The notes beneath the pieces were generated by a model. That model had not been told where the DNA came from, did not search any database, and was given only the letters and a program-made list of their open reading frames with translations. Source: Octopus bimaculoides (lineage: Eukaryota). Taken from it: a DNA stretch of 39,273 nt. Below are positions 26,400 through 39,273 of the stretch, piece by piece (position 1 is the stretch's first letter; each line of letters opens with the position of its first letter). The stretch lies in the NCBI RefSeq assembly GCF_001194135.2, contig NC_068999.1:31360167-31399439 (forward strand), given 5' to 3'. The position numbers and the translations under genes were made by a program.

Positions 26400-27355
26400 A
26401 TGGCTGTATTTATTCGTGTCACCCCAATCTTCTCTGAGAGACAACTATTTCTAGCTCCAAGAAATGTGATGGCTTCCTTCCTGGGGTGGTGTTTGACACG
26501 TGGGACAGGAGTGAAGCACCCTCCTATCCTTTGTGTACTGAAAGAGGATCCATTCATCCTCTTCTCACCAGCTACACAGGGCCGGCCCCAGGTTTGCCGG
26601 TGCCCGGACAAGCTGACGGTCGTGGAAATTTCCTTGTCTTTGTCATGCCCTCCTTGGCGTCCTCGAGCACATGGCGCCGCGGGTGACTGCCTGAGTTACC
26701 GATACCTTGAGCCGGCCCTGCAGCTACCCCCACTATAATCGATGGTCGCTTCCGCTGATGATATGACAAAGTTCTCAATCCATTCAGTTCAATAATCACC
26801 TCCTCAGGACGGAAGCCATCACTTTTCTAGTGGGTCTCTTCAAACAGCTAAAATTGCCAGATCTCATCATACCAACGACACTCTGCTCAGACAGCTATTT
26901 TCTCACATTCGATCAAGTGGGTAATTGTGTGGGAACTGATTGTGCCCTGCCAAGAACACATAGAGAAGGCACATGAGAGAAGACTGGCCAAATCTCAGGG
27001 GCTGGTATAGGTAATGAAAAAGTTATCACTGGCGAGTATGTTGCAAGCGAACTGAAGTTGGCAGCCAACTGAAGTGGGCTGACAACGTTTTGTGGGGCGT
27101 TATTTCTGCAAAGCTCGAACTCGATTTGAGCTAATGGTGCTACAGAGAGAAGGGCAATACATTCCATTACTAAAGCTGCAGAGAAACCCATTAAATGGCT
27201 TCAGATACAAAGGGTTGACTTGTGGCATGCTGCTACTGGAATGCAGGTTGGGTGTTTATTCAACACCGGCTAGGTCAGCCGGGCGAGGGGTTCTGATATT
27301 GAAAAAAAACCGACTCTCCTCTACAACCCAGAAGCACCACTAATGATACGTCCAT
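26400..27355 (+). mobile_element. HERO-like (R2 group) RLE retrotransposon 3' fragment, interrupted by a MITE
   Basis: YPLCTERGSIHPLLTSY[MITE]...DGRFR**YDKVL; LPDLII...VIVWELIVPCQEHIEKAHERRLAKS; EVG*QRF; RAIHSITKAAEKPIKWL. The 3'UTR is ggctaggtcagccgggcgaggggttctgatattgaaa...ctaatgatacgtcc. Confidence 0.75.
26577..26720. mobile_element. hAT-type MITE (144 bp), same family as 20015-20173
   Basis: TIRs cagggccggccccagg / ccttgagccggccctg. Flanks cagctaca / cagctacc (7 of 8 match). Shared core acaagctgacggtcgtggaaattt...gcacatggcgcc. Confidence 0.88.
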
Positions 27356-27426
27356 GAGAAATATTTTGAAACAATGCGCGCGTGTGTGCATGAGTGTGTT
27401 ACTACTGTTTCTTCTACCTACATAAA

Positions 27427-27506
<80 letters not shown>

Positions 27507-27507
27507 A
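27427..27507. repeat. (ACT)n microsatellite
   Basis: Direct inspection. Confidence 0.95.
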
Positions 27508-27609
27508 TAAGGAATGAGAGAGCAAATATATTTTACATAAAGAAAAACTGTAAAGTTGTGATGTTCGTACAATTTCAAGTCACTTAGCAATGATTTACTC
27601 TCCGCCACC

Positions 27610-28400
27610 TCCAACAGCACCCACTCCTGCACAGATGATATCACCCTCATTCCTCACTAGCCTTACATACCTAAGTATCATCTATTAAACCCTAGCCATA
27701 TTCCTACAATGACACTATGAAAAGGCATCTCGAAAATATCCTGTAATGGTTTCAAGTCGGTCATGTCTCCTTTGTAGCTTAAACACGCAAACACTCGACA
27801 TATCTTAAACACATTATTCTGCTACTTCCTAACCGTAACTTAATCAGGACTCTGAAACTTGCTCCAAATGCAAGGCCTTATTATCACCTAGGATCACTCT
27901 TCGAGAAATCATCTCCTTAACACGAACTGCATCACGAAGACTGGTTTTCTTCTTCAGGATCAGAAAATACTTATTCCCCTAAACAGCAACTATGTTCCTA
28001 CAAAACTCAGGTAAAATCCACTGTCGAGTACTGCTTCCACATCCGAGACAATGCTTCATGGAAGAGAAAAACCACATCGAAAGAGAGAGATCACAAGGCT
28101 GAGTGGCATCGAGTCACTCACCAAAACACTCCGTTCCCTCGCTTAGAGACTTGCAATCTCTTCCTGATTTTTCTAGCGCCACTACAGCGACCTCTCTTCT
28201 TGGGAGCTGGTCTCATCTCACACCCACTCAGGTATTCAAGGTTCACTCATGTCCAGATTGTGCCTCCAAACTTCACATCAACTACTATTACCAGTCCTTT
28301 CTGCCCAGAGCTGCAGAAAAAAAAATGTGCAAGGAAGGAATATCGTCCCTGCTCAAGTTTCTCGCTACAGCTGTAACTGGTGACCGCTGAAGAGGAACAT
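27610..28400 (+). mobile_element. CR1/Jockey-group LINE RT C-terminal remnant
   Basis: HSCTDDITLI (YADD-equivalent), ASRRLVFFFRIRKYL, QVKSTVEYCFHI, YQSFLPRAA. Heavily frameshifted. Confidence 0.65.
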
Positions 28401-29318
28401 TAACGGTGTCGAACTCATTTGTGGTGGAGTATGGCGGTAAGTTATGGGTAAAGCTCTGACCTATAAATCAAGCCATGGGTACAGCTCTTCCTTATAGACC
28501 CGACCAATGTTACAACAACAATAACATCAACAAGATCCATCAAGGAGCTTATGTGGTAGAGAACGAGAGAGAGAGAGAGAGACTTATACAGCAGCAGGAA
28601 TAACAATAACAACAACCACGACAGCAGCAGTAAGACCATCCCTGCCATTAGCACCACTTTCATTCAGTATCACCGTCACCACCACCAACACCGTCACCAA
28701 TAGTGTCACCAACACCAGCAACAACAACACTAACAACATCAACCTCATTACCACTACCTCCAGCATCACCAGTAACAACAGCAGTAGCAACAACAACAAC
28801 AGCAGCGATGACAACAACAACAACAACAGTAAACTAGTGTCTCCAATCAAGATAGCATTAAGAGAATACTCTCAGAGCAAAGTCTTTGATGTTTCTGATC
28901 GTTGCCAAGGTTGCAGGGTAGCCATGGTAGCAGTGATACAGCTACCGCTGTACCCTGTCAGATGTTGCACTGAGAATATTGAGAACACCATCTACGACCA
29001 TCTCAATAATAATATACCTCTACTTCATCATTCTGCTAATCTCTCATTCCCTTACTTCACTTTCTCATTCTCTTCTGCTCTCTTTCCTTCGCTTTCTTAT
29101 TCTTCTCCTGTCTCATCCTGCCCATCTTTCATTCCTCCGCTTTCGTATTCTTTCGATCTCAATCTTCATCTTGCTTGTTTATTCATTTCTCTATTCTTCA
29201 GTTCTCTAATTTTCTTTCTTTCTTATGGTTTCCCATATCCTTCTTTGTGATAATATTTTTTCTCTATTTTCCCTATTTTCACTCTCTTATTCATTATCTT
29301 TCACTCATTCAACTTCCT

Positions 29319-29467
29319 GCAGGCATGGCACTGTAATTAGGAAGTTCTCTTCGCAGTCATGTAGTTCCGAGTTCGATCCCACTGTGCAATTCTCTCTACC
29401 TTAACCTGAAGGTGACTAAAGCCTTGTGAGACATTGAGCAGATTGAAATTGTGTGGAAGCCCCATCG
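29319..29467 (+). mobile_element. OK-like SINE 5' half, degenerate
   Basis: gcaggcatggc...ccgagttcgatcccactg...ctaaagccttgtgag...gaaattgtgtggaagcccatcg. Confidence 0.65.
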
Positions 29468-30322
29468 AATGGATTGTGTTTGTTTTAGGGTGGTACAAAC
29501 TGTCGCCTAATTTAACACCATCATGTGATTCTATTGTAAACATTGCGATCAGGTCCCAGGTGTCCAGACTAAGAGAGGTCCCAGGTGTCCAGACTAACAA
29601 TTCTGTTGATATCTTGCATATTGCTACAGCAACCGAAATCCGTCAGGCCAACGCCATCAGAGATGCACGTCTTAGGGAAGAGCTCTGGGTACTCCTCTGC
29701 ATGCTGCCCTTCTGGCTTTGCTTTCTCAAGTGCCGTGTTTCTAGCAGTTGCTGCTATCTATCTCTGATTAAACCTTAGAGTAATTCTTTCGTTCCACGAT
29801 TTCTTCTTTTCTTGTTACATCAGTATTTTTTTTATATTCAATAATTCTGTCATTCTTTAATTCCTTCTATTTCTTTATTATGTCATTTCTTCCGATATTC
29901 ATCCTCCCCTTCAACTTGTTATTTTATTTAATAATACCTTACACTAGCAACTTAACAACATGTATATATATGTATATGTATGTATAGGTATATGTCTGTA
30001 GTATACTTATGTGTATAGTATATGTATGTAGTATATGTATATGTGTGTATATGCGCGTATGTGTACGTTTATATATATAAACTTTATGTCAATTACACTC
30101 GCTTGTGTAAATATATCTTTATCCAAGAGTGCCTGTGTGATGTATATGTGCTCGCGCGGGTCTCTGTTTATGTGTCTATGTGTGTGTGTTAGGATAACGT
30201 TTTGGTAAATACTAGCCTATATTTCCTGTGCGTATATAATTATTACATTTAGCATTGTTACATTGCCGAAGACTACGTCTTTGGATTTGATAGTGCTAAA
30301 CTTCTAACAAAAACATCTATTA

Positions 30323-30384
<62 letters not shown>

Positions 30385-30959
30385 AATTTTCCTTCAACTT
30401 TGATGAGAGTCTTTTGTTGTAAACATAGCATTATTTTTTTTTTAATGCCAGAATTTGAAGAAGAGTGTGAGAGATGTCAGCTGCCCATTGCAAGCGAGAA
30501 GTTTCGGCTGTCTCAGTTGTCCGTTATGTTATATATATGGTTTCTCATTTTATATTTTTAAATGTTTTCATGTTAGTAACATTTTGGGAGACGTTTACGT
30601 ATCTGCAAGTCTGTTTTCTCTCTTTAATGTCTCTTCACGGTATTTCGTGTTTATACGCAAGACTCTCTTCGACTTGATACATATATAAACTGCCTAAAAT
30701 ATATCTAATTTTGCTTCTTATACTCCGTAACAAGAGTACGACGAGCCAAGAAAGGAGTTAAAATATGGTTGATTGTTCGACTAGAAAATGAGTTAGTCTA
30801 CACTCCCTGAAATAATATCCTAATTAAAAGAAGTAGAAAGGACATATTTGATAGCAGCACCAGATGCATGGTGGTTACAAACATATCTATTTGGAATGAA
30901 GAATACAGCATTTACATGCGTATATGTTCATGTAACTGTATTCGTGGGCACCTAAATGA

Positions 30960-31001
<42 letters not shown>

Positions 31002-31699
31002 TAATAAAGTGTGTGTATTTGTAGGTATACAATGTGGTAATCCCACTGAGGCTTACAACATGTATAATTCAATGGGTTTGTAGAAAGATAAAAACAAGAA
31101 TTACATACAATGTCTCCCTGTATTGCCTAAAGCACGTGAACTGAAAATAAAGATTTGAAGTAGAGTAGAATTCAAACAGGAATATAACAGATCTTAATTT
31201 ACAATATCAATCCAGACAAAATTTACACAAGTGCGTGTGTTAACATGTACACGCATATAATTTCGTTTTAAAAAGTCGTTTGAATAATATGTTGGGGAAA
31301 ATATTATAGTATCATGTGCGTATGATCACTATTTAAAAAATTTTTGTAAAGCTAAAATATTTATCAGCAGATGATAATAGTTTGCAGAAAACAAATCATC
31401 CGTGTATGAGAACTGATGTCTTATAATTGCTGGCACTATTGAACTGTTGTTTCAGAAATGTTGTCTTTGATTTGTCACAACTGATGCCATATCAAAAATT
31501 ATGTAGCAACAAGTGAGTGTGATAAACAGTATCCTATAAACGACATGTTCTTAACTTTCGTAACAGATCAATCCCAACATATGATGTGTCGTAAAATGTG
31601 TGAAATAAGGAATAATCTATGACACGTCACAAGTGATGTATCGTAACTGATATATTTGAAACATTCGTCATAGTCTCAGCTTTTAGCACAATGGTAACA

Positions 31700-31884
31700 A
31701 TTTTAGGGATAGAGTTAACTCGATTACATCGGCCCCAGTGTTCAACTGGTCCTTATTTTACCGACTCCAGAAGGATGAAAGGCAAAGTCAACATCGGCGG
31801 TATTTGAATTCAGAACATAGAGATGGACGAAATGCCGCTAACCTTTTTACCCAGCCTGCTAACGATTCTGTCAGTTTGTCACCT
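31700..31884 (-). mobile_element. tRNA-derived SINE (OR-like), tail truncated
   Basis: The reverse complement starts aaggtgacaaactgacagaatcgttagc, with a B-box-like ctgaattcaaatacc and the core. Confidence 0.82.
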
Positions 31885-32081
31885 TATATTTCAAACATTT
31901 ATAATAACAAGTGACAAAAACTCAGAAGTCGAACCTGAACATCGACTGTTTCACGTTCATTAAGTTGAGCAAGGCTGGAAGTTTAAAAACCATAAATAAA
32001 CCAGCAAAAAATCCTATTACTCTGAAGCAATAAGTAAAAGTCTTTGACAATAAATAGTTTTTACTTACACTCACACATATA

Positions 32082-32590
32082 CAGGGGTTGGACAAAACAA
32101 TGGAAACACCTAGCATCATAGCATCATAAATTTNNNNNNNNNNATCAAGAAGTACTGTCTCGAAAGTAATGACAGCCTTTGAGAAAGAAAGAAAAACCTC
32201 CTCGTCGAAACAAAGCTCCGGAAGAAAACCTAAACTTTCAGATAGTGACCGTCGGACTCTAATGCGAATTGTTAGAAAGGATCACAAAAGTACAGCTCCC
32301 AAAATTACTGCAGAGCTTAATGATCACCTCGAGAATCCAGTTTCCACAATAATCTTCCACCGGGAGCTGCATAAAGCCGGATTTCACGGGAGGGCTGCAA
32401 TCAGAAAGCCACTACTTTCAAAAACAAACGTTGCAAAGCAAATTAGTCCCTAGAGCAGTGGAAGAATGTTATTTTCTCGGAAGAGTCATCCTTTACCTTA
32501 TTTCCGACCACCAGCTGAGTATACGTGTGGAGACAGCCAAAAGAAGCATTTGACCCAGACTGCCTTCTTCCAACTGTTAAGCATAGAGAA
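32082..32590 (+). mobile_element. Tc1-family transposon, 5' part (TIR plus transposase), ends in a gap
   Basis: TA|CAGGGGTTGGACAAAACAATGGAAACACC. Translation SRSTVSKVMTAFEKERKT...SGRKPKLSDSDRRTLMRIVRKDHKSTAPKITAEL...RKPLLS...QWKNVIFSEESSF...VWRQPKEAFDPDCLLPTVKH. Confidence 0.92.
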
Positions 32591-33377
32591 NNNNNNNNNN
32601 NNNNNNNNNNNNNNNNNNNNNNNNNNNNNNNNNNNNNNNNNNNNNNNNNNNNNNNNNNNNNNNNNNNNNNNNNNNNNNNNNNNNNNNNNNNNNNNNNNNN
32701 NNNNNNNNNNNNNNNNNNNNNNNNNNNNNNNNNNNNNNNNNNNNNNNNNNNNNNNNNNNNNNNNNNNNNNNNNNNNNNNNNNNNNNNNNNNNNNNNNNNN
32801 NNNNNNNNNNNNNNNNNNNNNNNNNNNNNNNNNNNNNNNNNNNNNNNNNNNNNNNNNNNNNNNNNNNNNNNNNNNNNNNNNNNNNNNNNNNNNNNNNNNN
32901 NNNNNNNNNNNNNNNNNNNNNNNNNNNNNNNNNNNNNNNNNNNNNNNNNNNNNNNNNNNNNNNNNNNNNNNNNNNNNNNNNNNNNNNNNNNNNNNNNNNN
33001 NNNNNNNNNNNNNNNNNNNNNNNNNNNNNNNNNNNNNNNNNNNNNNNNNNNNNNNNNNNNNNNNNNNNNNNNNNNNNNNNNNNNNNNNNNNNNNNNNNNN
33101 NNNNNNNNNNNNNNNNNNNNNNNNNNNNNNNNNNNNNNNNNNNNNNNNNNNNNNNNNNNNNNNNNNNNNNNNNNNNNNNNNNNNNNNNNNNNNNNNNNNN
33201 NNNNNNNNNNNNNNNNNNNNNNNNNNNNNNNNNNNNNNNNNNNNNNNNNNNNNNNNNNNNNNNNNNNNNNNNNNNNNNNNNNNNNNNNNNNNNNNNNNNN
33301 NNNNNNNNNNNNNNNNNNNNNNNNNNNNNNNNNNNNNNNNNNNNNNNNNNNNNNNNNNNNNNNNNNNNNNNNNNNNN

Positions 33378-33460
33378 CTCCCCCCTCTCCCCATTTCTCT
33401 CCCCATTTCTCTCCCCTCCCCTCTCCCCATTTCTCTCCCCTCCCCTCTCCCCTCTCTCTC
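33378..33460. repeat. Pyrimidine minisatellite (ctctccccattt-like units); G-rich opposite strand
   Basis: Direct inspection. It runs into the gap at 32591-33377. Confidence 0.85.
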
Positions 33461-35240
33461 TAGAAAGATAAAAACAAGAATTACATAAAATGTCTCCTTG
33501 TATTGTCCACCTATTAACAGAAAATAAAGCTCTTCCGATTTTATTGGTAGAATAAATTAATAAGCTTAATAAGCTTGAAGAAAGCGTATGAACTGAGAGT
33601 GACTAGTGTACCAGTATTCCTTCAGATTCTTTACGTTCTGAGTTTAAATTCTTTCTAGAAGTTGATGTAATAGAGTATCAGTCCATAGGAGTAGAATTGT
33701 AAGTGTGTTGGTTGTTTTGCGATCTCTGTTCTGTTTCCTTCAGTTTCTGAACAGGAAGCACTCTTAAAAGGAAAACAAAACAGCAGAAGTTTGACATCTA
33801 TCAAAACAGTCTTTGAATGGCGTTTTATGTCCCTTCAACAACATCGACTAACCACCACTTGTCGAAATCCTGCCATGGATCGATCAAGTCTGCTTATAGG
33901 GAATAGATAACATAATGAGATCGGAAAGTATTCCCTGATTGTTGGCCGAATATATGCACCCAAAGAAGTTGCACAACTCTGTTGCAGAATGTTATCAGAA
34001 TAGAGGTTGTATGCATTCGACCAAATGGTCATGTATGACTATATTTCTAGCGGGTAATCTATTCTGCACTAACAACAGAGATATTATCTTTCACAGTAGT
34101 TAAAATCAGTTACCCAGATGTCAGTATAATGTTAGAGGTTAATTAAAAAGAGAGAATCTATACCGAACGGAGGAAAATTCTGCAGTTTCTTTATCCTGAT
34201 CATAATTTTCGATTTCTACCAGTAATTTCCAGAGCAATTGACTACGTGACTAGTTACCTGCATAACAATCTTGAAAAGCTGAAATTCACAAAACCAGAAA
34301 GAACACATCTAATCAGAGAATTACAGCTACAAGCTGTCAAATGTATTATTCAAATATATTTAAAAAATTCATGAAGTTCATCATGTAATAAGATCCATGG
34401 GTGCATACACACGTATATGTGTACATTCATACATGTTCGCATGCATACATAGAAATATATACAAGCATACATACATGTAAACATAAATACCTACCTACCT
34501 ACCTACCTACCTACCTACCTACCTACCTACCTACCTACCTAAATACATACATACATACATACATACATACATCACGCATGCCTGCATTCATGCGTGCATG
34601 CATACATACATACATACATACATACATGCATACGCACATGTGTGTGTGTGTGTGTGTGTATGCATGTATGTTTATGTGAATGTAAAGCAATCGAGTGAGT
34701 TTAGGGCGATTGACTAACTGAATTGCTGGAATTATGCCTGTGTCACGGCTCTTTACGTTTAGAGCTGATATTACCTTTTAATCTTCTATAGTCGACAAAC
34801 TAAAGTACCAGTCAAATACTGGGGTTAATGTAACATGCTGTAATGCAATTGTTTCTCACAGGAATCTTGGTTGGATTGAATAGAGACGGACAAATTTTAT
34901 GAACAATTCAGATTGCTTTAAACAGTTTAAACCTGTCTAACACTATGGTGAAGGAAAACATGTTAACTATAAATTGTATTTTATTGACTCTTTCTTTAAA
35001 AAGTAGGGCAATATATTTTGCTAATAATTTTTATGGGGAATATGCATTCTGCTATATGTCAGTTTGAGAATCGTTGCTGCTATGCACTCTGATTGTGAAT
35101 GGAATAATACCAGATGCGTTACTTTAATCATGCATGTAGAGAAGCAAATATTGTAGTATATACAACATAGTAGATACATATTTGATTATTTTATGAGAGT
35201 AAATAAAACAGTAACGATTATGTACACACATTATGTACGT

Positions 35241-35299
<59 letters not shown>

Positions 35300-35774
35300 C
35301 GCGCGCGCAGTTGTTTGTTTGTAATGATGGATATGTGTATGTCGGAACGTAATTATTGCTATTTCATTCACTGATAAAATAATAAACGTCTCTAAAAATT
35401 AACTCACTCGATCGAGAACAAATACACATGAAATGTAAACGCACATGCTTACACTGTTCATTCTGAAATTCCATTTAACAAAAACCAAAATTATTTCTGT
35501 CTTATGACACTATATTTAAGGTGTCATTGAGTTTCGGTCACCCCACGTGGGGTCTATAGTGATACATAATAATATACTGTGCAGTTGAAAAGCAGTGGAA
35601 ATCGTGCCTGTCTAACATCAAAATAGTCACCATTTATTGTATTGGTTGTCGTGTATTAAATCTATAATAAATTGGTCAACTACCAAATGACACAAACTTT
35701 CTTCCTCCAAGGTGTAGGAAAAGTATTTTCTATCCACCCACCCAACCACTCTTCCTCCTGTCAGGTTGAAAACT

Positions 35775-36600
35775 TTAGTGTTGCCACCATGAACATCAGC
35801 ACGATGAAAATGAATGCGGAGTGACGGTTGAGATGATTCATCACCTGTGGAATCATGTAGATGTGGATTGCTTCAAAGAGGTGAAATAGAGAGAGACACA
35901 GTCAGATACCTTATTGGTAAGGAACAATTGTACACATCCTTCTGGATGGATAATATTGATAGAGTAAGTGAAGTTATATTTTTAATCGAGAAATGGATGA
36001 ATAAATTAACCAACCTAATCAAACGGAATGATAGAAAAATTAACCTTGGATTCGTCGCGCTTATCTGTGGTACACACCACAATCAAAAAAGTTGGTTGAT
36101 GAATATACGAATGCTTTTATGAGAACCTCCTATATACTTCTTCAATAACAAATTAGAGTGACTTCGTTATGCTGGTTGGTTATTTTAATAGATGTTTTAG
36201 GCAACAACATGAGATTTTCTCTGGCGTATTTTTATAGCATGATCAATGAGGAGGGATTAAAACTCCTCGAATTCTGTGATGAAAATGACCGAATATTTGC
36301 AATGCTAACTTCTGGAAACCGGCCAGCCACTTGATCATTTACAAATCAGGTGAGCGCACAAGACTTCATTTTCACCTGGAAACATGAATGTTAAGTCTTT
36401 CTTTGGTGAAGACTGCACCAAAGAAAGACTTAGCATTCACAGCCATCTGCACCACTCGACATAGAGTAGTGATTAGCGACGTTAGTGTGAAATACTCGAC
36501 AACATGGAGAAGAAAGATGTAGAAACTGAAAAGTCCTCGGGTTGTAGGTTCAGAGAAGTATTTATTGTCACTTATGATAAGCGGGAAGAAGAGATAGAGA
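35775..36600 (+). mobile_element. RTE-clade LINE endonuclease remnant
   Basis: VATMNISTMK, VEMI, VDCFKEVK*R, YLIGKEQLYTSFW, LIEKWMNK, ND.KINLGF, and KSFFGEDCT...R further downstream. Many stops. Confidence 0.65.
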
Positions 36601-36689
36601 CTTACAACGTAGAATGCAACTAAGAACGAAATTGAGGAAGTATAGGGAGCGATTACCTCTACTAGTAAAAAAAGTTTGTCTCTCAGATT

Positions 36690-37275
36690 TGGGGTGAGAT
36701 TGTACGATGCTTATCTATGAAATGCGATAGTGCATGATCAACAAGAGAGATTGCCTCTAGACCTCTACACTGTGATAGAAAATATCGATTGTGCCATACC
36801 AGTGTAGAAGATAAGATCCACATCAACGGCTGCACCTAAATATCTGCATATAATATTGTCTTACAGGCTCTCCAAAGACACATTAGAACCAGTAAGTAGC
36901 CGTACTTATAGTAAGAAAGAATAATATGGAACATTCCAATGGAAACAACAACCCAATGTAAACACAAAAGGCCAGATAATACTGTATGGGACAGAGCAAA
37001 AATCATGCACTGTTGTAGAGATCAGCTTCCCGGTGGATATGAATGTTTCTATGGAGAACTATTGAAAAATTTACAACCCTTATATCCATTCAATTGATTT
37101 TCATTTATACCTATAATCTTAGGTGCAATGGGCTGCATAAGAGTACTGCATAAAAATCTAGAAATGATAGAGCTCTTACCCCAACCACCGCCCAAAAAGA
37201 ACATAGCAAACTCCAAATGCAATCGATAAGAGGTACAATGGAAATTTATAAAACATTCTGGAGATTCTCCATTTG
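36690..37275 (+). mobile_element. RLE-type non-LTR 3' fragment (clade unresolved)
   Basis: KYRLCHTSVEDKIHINGC (CCHC), IIWNIPMETTTQCKHKRPD...CTVVEISFPVD, FIPIILGAMG, LQMQSIRGTMEIYKTFWRFSI*. Confidence 0.72.
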
Positions 37276-37641
37276 AAGTTCTTGGGTAAACACACGAGCA
37301 CAATCAAAATACACGATATAGAAAACACCCGTGCACACACATAACCAATAATGAAGGACACCCACTTGTGTAGTCACGTGACATGCATAACCACTTCATT
37401 AGTGCAAGTTTATCTTTGCACACGCGACCGCACTAATCAATTCTGATGTGCACACACTCCAAGGGCTTTGTTAGTAACTGGCTTGAATTCTGCAAAGGTA
37501 AAATGCTTATAAAAATCTCAAATAGATAGATACACAAATACGTAGATAAATAGATAGATAGATAGATAGATAGAGATATATATATATATAGAGAGAGATA
37601 GCCAGACATACAGACAGATAGATAAATAGATTGATAGATAG

Positions 37642-37674
<33 letters not shown>

Positions 37675-38179
37675 TATATATATATATATATANNNNNNNN
37701 NNNNNNNNNNNNNNNNNNNNNNNNNNNNNNNNNNNNNNNNNNNNNNNNNNNNNNNNNNNNNNNNNNNNNNNNNNNNNNNNNNNNNNNNNNNNNNNNNNNN
37801 NNNNNNNNNNNNNNNNNNNNNNNNNNNNNNNNNNNNNNNNNNNNNNTATATATACATACAAACATATATATATGTATATATGTTTGTATGTATGTATGTA
37901 TGTATATATACTCAGATTATTGAAAAAATCGATAATAGGGCCCCTGGAAGGGATCCTTATATATAACTAATATATTTTATTTTAACGGCCAAGGGAAATA
38001 ACCCATTCATTTTCCTATATTATTTGGTATAAATCAAATTGAGTATGTTTATTTCTTAGTATTTGAACTGTTAGAGTTATTTTCGCAATTTATCTAGCAT
38101 AACCCTTAAACAAGTAAATAGTATTTTCCTAAACAATAGATCCACTTATTTCGGTTAGTGACTTAATCACGAATATACT

Positions 38180-39229
38180 ATGAATGGCGATGCCTTTCAT
38201 GTCACTTCAGCCAGTTGACAAGCGCTGCATGAAGAACTGTTCTGCTTTTAGACAAATGCGCTGTCAAGACAAAGGTCACACCCTGTTTACATGTAGGAGC
38301 ACCTTCTTAAAATCTATCTGTACATCTTAAAAATGACCAGTGTGTATATTTCACAGAAGACAATGCTGGAAACGTACTTCTGAATCCACCAGAAACCACT
38401 TTGACAGCTTTCTTCAAATTATGTCAATGTGATTTGTTTTCCCGAACACTGTTGTATGCAGAGGTCCCCGTGTGCTATACCTGGACACAATAGATGGAAC
38501 AGACGCAAGCAAGGAACATGCATTGAGGGCTGGGAACAAGATGCTGTCTTCGAAGTGGAGCCATCGGGCAGGTGTACACTGTGCACCCTAATCAGCAGGA
38601 GTGCTTCTTTCTACATCTACTGCTACACACCGTTAGAGGTCCTACATCATTCAGACTTTCGAAGACACAATGGGAAGTCTGAACGACCTATAGAGAATTC
38701 TGCACCAAACATGGACAACTGGAGGACAATGCTCACTGGGACCAGACACTGGAGGAGGCAGTAGTAAGCACAGCACTAAGTCAACTGCGCCAACTATTAT
38801 CTATCTTGTTGATGACATGTAGCTTGCGTGAACCTCACAAGCTTTGGGCGATTTACAAAACCAAATTGGCAGAGGACATCTAGAAAGGATTCAAAGGCAA
38901 ACCTCAGCAGAAATTGCCACGTTCAATAACGCCATTTACAATGAGGAATTACTTGACCTGGACACCCGAGTGCAAACTATGGGAAGCCAAGGTAATTCCA
39001 CGTTTGGTTATTACATAACTCACTTCACAATTTGGGTATTCATAACTTATTGGGAATTCCTAAAACCAAGATCCTGTGTAAGACAGTTCAGTATCCTCTG
39101 TAAATGCACAAAAACTGTTTTAAGGGTTACATACTTTTGTATTGTTGCTATTGGATTAGCGAAGCAATTATGAGAACGGAACCAAGGTATAAGTCCCGCT
39201 TTTCCGGGAATTACCGGGTACGTCAGCTA

Positions 39230-39230
<1 letters not shown>
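38180..39230 (+). mobile_element. Helitron remnant (Rep-helicase linker joined to the 3' terminus)
   Basis: HLKNDQCVYFTEDNA...PPETTLTAFFKLCQCDLFSRTLLYAEVP...WNRRKQG...VYTVHPNQQECFFLHLLLHTVRGPTSF...EDNAHWDQTLEEA...QLRQLLSILLMTC...PHKLW. The 3' end has a cccg..cggg hairpin, then CTAG (39227-39230) followed by (TA)n. Confidence 0.88.

Positions 39231-39273
<43 letters not shown>

Noticed and set aside
29585-29767. ORF-track 'signal peptide' MSRLTILLISCILL
   Set aside because: It starts at GTG, not ATG, within a tandem duplication, which is not credible in a eukaryote.

Overview
This is eukaryotic, AT-rich, microsatellite-saturated DNA from a short-read draft assembly with 10 N-gaps. It is very likely an Octopus genome, inferred from tRNA-derived SINEs I recognise as octopus-type. 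I could not confidently identify any intact host gene, rRNA, tRNA or CRISPR array. Almost all long ORFs in the supplied track are microsatellite or N-run artefacts. The window is a graveyard of decayed mobile elements: two Tx1/L1 LINEs, four RLE-type non-LTR fragments (two R4/Dong-like, one HERO-like, one unresolved), Penelope-like RT and GIY-YIG pieces, CR1-like and RTE fragments, mariner, Tc1, two hAT-type MITEs, a Helitron 3' part and about 14 SINE pieces. The most notable structure is two nested insertion clusters (1-4904 and 20735-23500), in which the same four unrelated element types sit in (AAT)n arrays with a fixed strand polarity. One SINE subfamily has a 3' tail resembling the Tx1 3'UTR. 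Also present are a ~1.1 kb degenerate inverted repeat, a 45-bp direct repeat bracketing 2.4 kb, and weak candidate minus-strand host exons, one ending in a C1q-like FSGFLL motif.
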